Source: an uncultured virus (IMG/VR IMGVR_UViG_3300020256_000017)
Lineage: Duplodnaviria; Heunggongvirae; Uroviricota; Caudoviricetes
Direction: 5' to 3' (one strand)
IMG/VR virus record: IMGVR_UViG_3300020256_000017
Length of the DNA stretch: 43,346 bases
Shown here: piece after piece, positions 36,568 through 43,346 of the stretch
How positions within the stretch are numbered: the first letter of the stretch is position 1
Layout: each line of letters begins with the position of its first letter
The notes under the pieces: model-generated
The model's input: only the letters and a program-made list of their open reading frames with translations
Database searches by the model: none
What the model was told of the DNA's origin: nothing
Position numbers and translations under genes: made by a program

Positions 36568-37830
36568 TTACGCGCAATCTCTAAGCACGGAGTTGTCCAA
36601 CTGTGTGAAAGCAGGGTTAACTAAAAAACCATCTTGATGGATGAATCTGGATAAAGCGGGGCGCAGGTATTCCCAATGGAGCTCGCACGTTAACCATCGT
36701 CTTTCCAACTTTTCTGCGGCCCATGCTGTCGTTGCATAGCCTCCAAAAGGGTCCACAACAAGACCGCCTTCTGGGCATTGCCATGAGATGATGTGTTCTG
36801 CAAGTGCTACAGGGTATAGTGCACCGTGAACAGGAAGCTGTTGAGCGCGCGCTGCATTTATAACAAGGCGATTGCTGTTGCATCGTGTGGGGAACGTGAG
36901 CACGTTACTGGGTATGCTGCCCCCATTGTCACGCCCAAAGCCACCTTTTCGCGTATTGCTCTGATAGTCACTTTCTCTACGCATAGTAGACTCGCCATTG
37001 TTATTGACGAGTCTTTGCATCTGCGGCGAGTACGACGATAAAACTCTGCGGTTATCGGCAAGACACCGTTTAGGATCATTGCAAAACCATAATACGGGTT
37101 CATATCGACTGGTTAGATGCGTTCTTTTGTGTGTCACTTGGTAGCCTTTAGGCGGCTTGTCTGGCGCATGCCAAACAAGTCTGTCCATAAGCGCGAGATC
37201 GAGTTTTTCGCCAACCGCCAAAATCAGCTTTTCAAGATAAAGCGAGCGCTCACCAAACTGCTCTTTCAATACGCTGTCATTGCTCATGTTAAGCACAAGG
37301 TTTGCGCCCGGTGCCATTCTCTCTCTAATAGGCAATAGCACAGAAAGCAAAAAGTCAATATATGCTTGCTCATCGTGATGAGTGCCATAGCTTCTGGTTA
37401 TTCCAAGATAAGGTGGGGAGGTCAGACATAAATGGATATCATCTTTCTGCGCTTTGGTATCGCCGAATACGTGCAATGCATTTCCCCATACCGCAACACC
37501 TAAGTCACTAGAAAAAGCAATCATGTGGCGTTCTGCGTCTATTTCGGTGAGTGTCTGCTTACCTTTTTTTGTAATGCCCCAAAGCCCTCGCTCCAAACGC
37601 TCAACAAGCCCTTTTTCTTTTAGTGTTTGTTGCGCGTAGCGTATGGCGCGATGGTAAGTGTTTCGGCTGGATTTAGCTCGTCCAATCTTAGCGACATAGT
37701 CTTGCGTGTTGATGCCAATAACACGGGCAACCTTTGCGTATATTGTCAGGTTGTCAGCCGCGACACCTACCTCATGATAAGCATCAAGCACGGTGTCTAA
37801 TAAAAGAGATCGCTGGATTGGGGTGTTCAT
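36568..37830 (-). CDS. Beta-class N4-cytosine/N6-adenine DNA methyltransferase with an N-terminal Mrr_N-like winged helix
   Basis: TSPPY precedes DPFGG; N-terminal AQQTLKEKGLVE...GLWGIT..G. Confidence 0.88.
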   Translation of the reverse strand: MNTPIQRSLLLDTVLDAYHEVGVAADNLTIYAKVARVIGINTQDYVAKIGRAKSSRNTYHRAIRYAQQTLKEKGLVERLERGLWGITKKGKQTLTEIDAERHMIAFSSDLGVAVWGNALHVFGDTKAQKDDIHLCLTSPPYLGITRSYGTHHDEQAYIDFLLSVLLPIRERMAPGANLVLNMSNDSVLKEQFGERSLYLEKLILAVGEKLDLALMDRLVWHAPDKPPKGYQVTHKRTHLTSRYEPVLWFCNDPKRCLADNRRVLSSYSPQMQRLVNNNGESTMRRESDYQSNTRKGGFGRDNGGSIPSNVLTFPTRCNSNRLVINAARAQQLPVHGALYPVALAEHIISWQCPEGGLVVDPFGGYATTAWAAEKLERRWLTCELHWEYLRPALSRFIHQDGFLVNPAFTQLDNSVLRDCA

Positions 37831-37899
37831 TCTCGGCCAATAAGCAGGTTAACTCGATAGGTTAATAATACCACGGTAGAGGGAAAATGCAACAAAAAA

Positions 37900-38358
37900 C
37901 TAGTTTGTTAACGTTATTACTCTGACCTTTTTGGGCTCCTCATTGTCAGAAACATAGCCGACTGCACCTGGGGTTGATTGCACATAGGACAGCATTTCAG
38001 CATCAGAAGCAACGACGATAGGTGGTTTGCCTTTGCCCGTAAATACACGCTTAGACCAATACGCTGTAATTTGAGAGGTTGAGCGACCGAGTACTGATGA
38101 GTCAAATTGTGCCCTTGCAACAGAGCCTTCCGGTTGGTTGACAGGGGTGACGCTGCTGCCATCATCGAATTGACGCTGCTTGCCCGTGAAGATGCGCTTA
38201 ACTTGTTGCGCATTTAGCGTGCTGGGGGTGTCGGGGTGTGCTATGAGCGTCAAGCAGTACACACTTGTACTATAAAACAACATCCCGATTGAAAGTAAAG
38301 CGTAAAAAGTAATATTCAACATAAAAGTGACTGTTTTCACCATAAGTATTGCTGCCAC
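37900..38358 (-). CDS. Phosphate-ABC substrate-binding-like periplasmic protein
   Basis: QVKRIFTGK, YWSKRVFTGKG.PP and PGAVGYV motifs; the true start may be further downstream. Confidence 0.75.
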   Translation of the reverse strand: MAAILMVKTVTFMLNITFYALLSIGMLFYSTSVYCLTLIAHPDTPSTLNAQQVKRIFTGKQRQFDDGSSVTPVNQPEGSVARAQFDSSVLGRSTSQITAYWSKRVFTGKGKPPIVVASDAEMLSYVQSTPGAVGYVSDNEEPKKVRVITLTN

Positions 38359-38487
38359 GTATTATGACAGTTCGCTTACAACATTCTATCACCAAGATTG
38401 ACTTGGGGCAACGACACACATCTTCATCTTTGGTGGTGTTTCGTAATTGCTATGCAAAAAAGTCGACTTTCATGTTGATGCCATTTT

Positions 38488-38709
38488 TTAGCCTTCGAAT
38501 GGCGTGTAGGTGAGCATAGCGTTCGCTACCATGTCAGGTTTGCTTTCTGCAACAAATTCGTTGGCAATTAGGTGTCTGTCGCCATTGACCGTAATGTTGG
38601 CAGCATCCATGTGATCATCTTCGACAAGAATGATCCTAACAGGTTGCCCATCGGTGCCAAGCACTTCGAATCCACCTCGATCATCGTGTTTGCATATAAT
38701 TGTTTGCAT
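38488..38709 (-). CDS. Small hypothetical protein
   Basis: Start moved to MQTII after SD GAGGA. Confidence 0.55.
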   Translation of the reverse strand: MQTIICKHDDRGGFEVLGTDGQPVRIILVEDDHMDAANITVNGDRHLIANEFVAESKPDMVANAMLTYTPFEG

Positions 38710-38729
38710 GTACTTATCCTCGTTAATAA

Positions 38730-40124
38730 TTATGCGTAACGCCAAGCTTTCATTTGTTGGCCTAATGATGCGCCTACGCTTTGCCATATACGTTTAGATA
38801 CGCCATTGCCACATAAACGGTGTGCAGCACTGAATGAGCCTCGCTTACTAACCAATGCGTGAATGCCATTCCACACATCATCAATGCATTTCTTTAAGCT
38901 ATCTGGTAGTTCTCGTAGTACTGCATGCTCATTTGGCATGACCTGTCGCTGAAGCTTGTCGTTGACAGGGTGAGCAAACATAGGTACGCCTGCTTTAGGT
39001 GGCCCATAAGAGGCTGGCAACGTAGTCATTGTGGTTTCATCACCAAAATACAGCGCATTTCGATAACCTAAATGTGCCATATTGTCACGGGCTTTGACGT
39101 GCTGCATTTCACGCCAACAAGGTGCATCCAAAGGGATGTCGTCCTGAATATCGCGAAGCGTGCGCACAGGAGCGTCATTAAATAACGACGGAACATTGTC
39201 TAGTTTCAATGCAGGCAAGCCCTTTGTAGTGGCAACAATCGCTACGCGTTTGCGCGATTCAATCTCATTGTAATCGTGACCGTCCATAACACGTTGCTCA
39301 AATTGATAATCAGGAAGTGCGCGCATTAACAAGTCAAGGGTTTGCGATGCCGCAAAACGTGGCGTGTTTTCAATGACGATTATCGCGGGATTCATTTTTC
39401 GCAGTGCAGTGAAAAGTGGCATGAATAGCGTGCCTACTAAGGGGTGCATTAGATCACGCTTTTCTTTATCCGCTAAGATGGATTGACCAACACAAGGATA
39501 GCCAATAGTCGCCACGTCAACCTGTGGAAGATCATATAAATGAAGTGCATCCAATGAGTCGGTGACAGCCAATGCATCTTCACTGGCGTTTAACCACATA
39601 GGGTTGCCTTCAAGGTTGCAACTCATGGCCAGTTCATCAACATCATTGGCAAACGTAATTTCAGTAGCCACACCTGCACGTTTAAGCCCTTCTTTTACAT
39701 GGTAGCTAAGCATGCCTAAACCTGAGAAAAAGCACGCGGTACGCAGCGGTTTGCCTTGTTTCAGGGTGTTAATGACGCGAGATACACGCGATTGCTGTGC
39801 GGCGTCGAGGCCATGCACACGTATACGTAAAACGCCCTTTCGGAAAGTAACCGACACTTTTGCTGTGTTAGCCAGTGCTTTGCCTGTGTCTTTATTTTTA
39901 AGCTCAACCAGTTCACCGCGCCCGGTGTCCATCACCTTATTGCTACCGTTCTGATCAACATGAATGTCGATGCCATTTTTAAGGTATGTAATGCGGATGT
40001 TGGTGTTTTTCAAAAACCCTGCTGCTTGCAGCGCTTCGGTGTTTTTGATGTATACGCGAGCTGCACCATTTTTAAGATGCTTGACGGCGTAGTTCTGAAT
40101 GCGCGTAATGAAGCGGTTAAGCAT
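38730..40124 (-). CDS. C5-cytosine methyltransferase with an N-terminal SymE/AbrB-like domain
   Basis: FFSGLG, GYPC, IENTP, SRKR and GNGV motifs; same architecture as 18138-19559. Confidence 0.85.
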   Translation of the reverse strand: MLNRFITRIQNYAVKHLKNGAARVYIKNTEALQAAGFLKNTNIRITYLKNGIDIHVDQNGSNKVMDTGRGELVELKNKDTGKALANTAKVSVTFRKGVLRIRVHGLDAAQQSRVSRVINTLKQGKPLRTACFFSGLGMLSYHVKEGLKRAGVATEITFANDVDELAMSCNLEGNPMWLNASEDALAVTDSLDALHLYDLPQVDVATIGYPCVGQSILADKEKRDLMHPLVGTLFMPLFTALRKMNPAIIVIENTPRFAASQTLDLLMRALPDYQFEQRVMDGHDYNEIESRKRVAIVATTKGLPALKLDNVPSLFNDAPVRTLRDIQDDIPLDAPCWREMQHVKARDNMAHLGYRNALYFGDETTMTTLPASYGPPKAGVPMFAHPVNDKLQRQVMPNEHAVLRELPDSLKKCIDDVWNGIHALVSKRGSFSAAHRLCGNGVSKRIWQSVGASLGQQMKAWRYA

Positions 40125-40135
40125 AAAATATCCCC

Positions 40136-40615
40136 TTATGCAGCAATGCGAATGGCTTCAAGAGGGCCATTTAGCGCGCGGTTTGCAAAATCAATGGAAT
40201 CAGCAATGCGCTTATTTACAACGTCAGTATCAACGCCGTCAAAGGTAAGCGTGACAAACTGAGCGATGTCTTCCTCGCTGGCAACGTAAGCGTCGCCCAT
40301 TTCGCCGTTGAAGATGTAAGTGCGAAGTCCTCTGGTAGGCTGTCCGTTAGGTAACAAACCGAACTTGCCGTACTTGTCTGTGATACGATGTATGCCTCGT
40401 ACACACAATGTTTCAAGGCGATTTCCATAGTTCCATACGTGTAACAACGCGTCCGCACCACGGTTCGTTTTAACTTGAATAAGGCCAGGTAGCACGTCGC
40501 TATGAGATTTAACCACACGGCTTACACGAGTACGTGCGCCTATTGCTTTAAGCTCGCGATTGGCAATATCAATAAGTGCTTTAGATGTAAATGCATTATA
40601 GATAAAAGATGACAT
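40136..40615 (-). CDS. Hypothetical protein
   Basis: First gene of an operon with the methyltransferase; SD GAGGA. Confidence 0.75.
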   Translation of the reverse strand: MSSFIYNAFTSKALIDIANRELKAIGARTRVSRVVKSHSDVLPGLIQVKTNRGADALLHVWNYGNRLETLCVRGIHRITDKYGKFGLLPNGQPTRGLRTYIFNGEMGDAYVASEEDIAQFVTLTFDGVDTDVVNKRIADSIDFANRALNGPLEAIRIAA

Positions 40616-40672
40616 ATAAATTCCTCTGTGTTGACGAAGTTATATTAACATCATGAACAACTCAAGGCAACC
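40616..40672 (-). promoter_or_regulatory. Promoter/leader with GTCAACAC motif (40628-40635)
   Basis: TTGCCT-N17-TAATAT-N6-GTCAACAC-a-GAGGA. Confidence 0.7.
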
Positions 40673-40753
40673 AAAAAAGAGGTTAAACCAAGGTGTTTTT
40701 TTGTGATAACATCAAGAAGTGCCGATAGGGCACCGCAATGCAAAAGGTGTAAT

Positions 40754-41329
40754 ATGGAACTTCATTATAGAGATTTATTTTCGCTGGTGGCCGTGAATAG
40801 ATTTAGCCGCTTATTTAATCAATATAACATGTTAGTCCAATCTCTCAACATGCGAACAGAAAAAGAACTCAATTTAAATCCAGATGCGCTCACGTCAAAC
40901 AGCCATAAAGGTGGATGGTTTCGTGACAACAGAGTTCAGTACGAATCAACGTTAATGTTTGCAGCAAATGCATTGTTTGACCTAGGTCAGCATGAGCAAG
41001 CAGAGCGGGTTGTGCTGATGCGAGATGAAACACAAGCGAGCGCTGCGTATATGGCATTTATTGAGAAGATGGAGAGCGGTGATAGTAAGTTTGTAACATG
41101 CTCTGAAGCAACCTTCATTTGCCATGCAGAGGCCGTTTGCAGTGGTTATAGAGAGAGAAATCACGCCCATGTCAAAATAGATTTCTTGTCTACCGTGATG
41201 ACTGAAGCGCAGATACAAGCGTATCGTACAGTGTTAAAAGAACATATGGGAATGCGCATTTTCGGGAATGCGGAGGGTCAGGTCCATCACCTTAAACAGC
41301 GTCTTGCTGAGCTTCAAAAAGCCGCGTAA
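40754..41329 (+). CDS. Hypothetical protein
   Basis: Start moved to MELHY after AAGGTG; ends at a terminator. Confidence 0.7.
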   Translation: MELHYRDLFSLVAVNRFSRLFNQYNMLVQSLNMRTEKELNLNPDALTSNSHKGGWFRDNRVQYESTLMFAANALFDLGQHEQAERVVLMRDETQASAAYMAFIEKMESGDSKFVTCSEATFICHAEAVCSGYRERNHAHVKIDFLSTVMTEAQIQAYRTVLKEHMGMRIFGNAEGQVHHLKQRLAELQKAA

Positions 41330-41332
41330 AAG

Positions 41333-41362
41333 AAAAGCAGAGCGCCAAGCGCTCTGCTTTTT
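41333..41362. terminator. Bidirectional terminator
   Basis: AAAAGCAGAGCGC-caa-GCGCTCTGCTTTT. Confidence 0.85.
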
Positions 41363-41380
41363 ACTTAGTTATGTCAGTTT

Positions 41381-42214
41381 CTATACTGCGATAGGCGCTT
41401 GTATAGCAGGGTGGCATTGATAATTAACCAATTCAAAATCGTCATAGGTGAAACTGAAGATATCTTTCACTTCCGGATTTAGCTTCATTGTTGGTAATGC
41501 ATAGGCTTCACGACTAAGCAAGAGGTCTACTTGCTCTTTATGATTGCTATAGATATGTGCATCCCCAAAGGTGTGAACAAAATCACCAAGTTCAAGCTCG
41601 CACACCTGCGCAACCATCATGGTAAACAGCGCGTAACTCGCGATATTAAATGGAACGCCTAGGAATGCGTCGCCACTGCGCTGGTAAAGCTGACAGCTAA
41701 GCTTTCCGTCTTGAACATAAAACTGAAATAGTGTGTGGCAAGGTGGGAGTGCCTGTTTCCCCATGGCCGCATTTTCTTTCGGTGAATATTGCGTATCCGG
41801 CAATAAAGCAGGATTCCAACCGCTCACTACTAAGCGTCGAGAATCAGGGTTGGTTTTGATTTGCTGGATCACATCACTGATTTGGTCGATGGTGCTACCA
41901 TCGCCGGCATCCCAGCTGCGCCACATTTTTCCATAGACAGGCCCAAGCTCACCGTCATCCGTTGCCCATTCGTCCCAAATTTTAACACCATGCTCTTTAA
42001 GGTAAGCAATATTGGTGTCGCCAGACAAGAACCATAGTAGCTCATGAATAATAGATTTTAGGTGTGTTTTCTTTGTGGTTAACAAAGGAAAACCATCTTG
42101 TAGATTGAAACGCATTTGGTAACCAAACACGCTGCGAGTGCCTGTGCCGGTACGATCGCTTTTATCAACACCATTGTCTTTGATGTGTTGCAAAAATTGA
42201 TGAAATTGATGCAT
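41381..42214 (-). CDS. thyA: Thymidylate synthase
   Basis: [32 protein letters not shown] and GDAHIY motifs. Confidence 0.97.
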   Translation of the reverse strand: MHQFHQFLQHIKDNGVDKSDRTGTGTRSVFGYQMRFNLQDGFPLLTTKKTHLKSIIHELLWFLSGDTNIAYLKEHGVKIWDEWATDDGELGPVYGKMWRSWDAGDGSTIDQISDVIQQIKTNPDSRRLVVSGWNPALLPDTQYSPKENAAMGKQALPPCHTLFQFYVQDGKLSCQLYQRSGDAFLGVPFNIASYALFTMMVAQVCELELGDFVHTFGDAHIYSNHKEQVDLLLSREAYALPTMKLNPEVKDIFSFTYDDFELVNYQCHPAIQAPIAV

Positions 42215-42378
42215 GATAACGCCCTTATTAATTGTGTGAAAGTCTCATGATTGTGTAATCTTGATTATATCAAATTGCACACAAAAGTTAAACGTTAAAT
42301 GCGAGGTTGTTTGAGAAATCCTCACCGCCATTCGGCAGTGAGGAAGGTTTTTTGTTGGCAATAAAACAAAGCTGTGTT

Positions 42379-42750
42379 TTATAGTGCTTCTTCGTCCATC
42401 AATTCGGACTCATCATCATCGATGCTGTCGCGCGCCAATTCGTTTTTAATTCCGCCTTTTCGCTTTTGATCAATCTTTGATTGATGCGTGCGCTTGATGT
42501 TGCGCAGCATAGTGTCACGGATGACTTTAATACCACCGTAAAAGTCTTTGCATGTGTGGCTTGCTTCATAGCTGTCCACATCATCTTGGTAGCTGAGTTT
42601 GAGCTCGATCCCTTTTGGCGACTCACGGACGGTAAGACGATGACTGATAGGCGGATATCGATTAAACACCTTGCTGATTGCCTTTTGCGCCTCTGTACGC
42701 ATAGTTTCAGTTACGCTTACTCCAACACCTTGAATGTTGATTTTAGCCAT
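42379..42750 (-). CDS. HPF/RaiA-like ribosome-associated (S30AE) protein
   Basis: INIQG..V.VTE.MR...K N-terminus and DFY..I.....L.R.IKR helix; SD AAGGAG. Confidence 0.65.
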   Translation of the reverse strand: MAKINIQGVGVSVTETMRTEAQKAISKVFNRYPPISHRLTVRESPKGIELKLSYQDDVDSYEASHTCKDFYGGIKVIRDTMLRNIKRTHQSKIDQKRKGGIKNELARDSIDDDESELMDEEAL

Positions 42751-42923
42751 TATTGTCTCCTTTTGTTCAGGCTTGGATCAAGAATCGCATAAACACTTTA
42801 TATTAGCAATAGGTAAAATCAAAATGCTGTTCGTTTGAACGAAAAATGCACAGAAAACAAAGTCTTTGACAAAAAACACAGCGTGTGTGAGAATGGTTTC
42901 AACAAAAAGAAAAAGGAAACAAA

Positions 42924-43346
42924 ATGTCCAGAAAAGTGACTATTCAAGGTGAAGAATTCCCCTCTGTGACCGCCGCCGCAAAAGCATTAAGCGTATCAAG
43001 AAACACCATTGTTAAAATGCTTAACAGCGCTCCCTCTTCATTTTCTATAGAAATTGACGGTCGCCTTGTGACAAGCCGAAGAGAGGCAGCCTCACTTCTG
43101 GGTATACCCTACCCAACATTTTGTAGTCGAGTGAGCGCAGGATGGTCGCAAGAAAGGCTTGTTCAATCTCGTTCATTTCAGCGCAGAGACCAGCCAATTA
43201 ATATCAATGGCGTAGATTACCCTACTATTACTACAATGCTCGTGGCATTGGACATTGATCAATCCGGTTTTAATACATTGAAAAGAGAGTGTGGGTTGAG
43301 TAGTGTGGAAGCCGTTGATGTTATGCTGGCGCGAAAAGTCGCTTAG
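42924..43346 (+). CDS. Protein made of tandem small HTH (NUMOD1-like) DNA-binding repeats
   Basis: Three I.I.G..F/Y.S/T...A..L repeats; promoter TTGACA-N17-GAGAAT upstream. Confidence 0.6.
   Translation: MSRKVTIQGEEFPSVTAAAKALSVSRNTIVKMLNSAPSSFSIEIDGRLVTSRREAASLLGIPYPTFCSRVSAGWSQERLVQSRSFQRRDQPININGVDYPTITTMLVALDIDQSGFNTLKRECGLSSVEAVDVMLARKVA

Noticed and set aside
1..43346. Prophage or jumbo-phage assignment
   Set aside because: No structural, terminase or polymerase genes seen. The gene mix fits a large plasmid better, though no rep or tra gene is present to prove it.

Overview
About 43 kb of what looks like the accessory and backbone region of a large gammaproteobacterial plasmid or plasmid-like element. 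A marine Alteromonadales/Vibrionales-type host is inferred from the CsrA sequence and the PEP-CTERM-like and GlyGly-CTERM tails. No rep, tra, capsid, rRNA, tRNA or CRISPR array is visible. Content: four orphan DNA methyltransferase-like genes, a DndB-like/DndC-like pair without dndDE, a PIF1-type helicase, a nucleotidyltransferase-PcfJ fusion, a SLOG protein, thyA, csrA, an HPF-like gene, an SLT-LysM enzyme, several exported proteins (including a 1980-aa thrombospondin-like repeat protein), and an internally deleted IS607 element with a full-length tnpB. The most notable signal is non-coding. At least 10 promoters carry GTCAACAC between the -10 box and the Shine-Dalgarno sequence, mostly ahead of DNA-modification and DNA-metabolism genes. 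Two paralogous structured intergenic elements (about 5957-6105 and 13195-13308), read on the minus strand, present the exact antisense (UGUGUUGAC) plus an anti-SD-like tract in a loop. This suggests a possibly undescribed sRNA-controlled plasmid 'establishment' regulon. A DNA-binding repressor model is a competing explanation.
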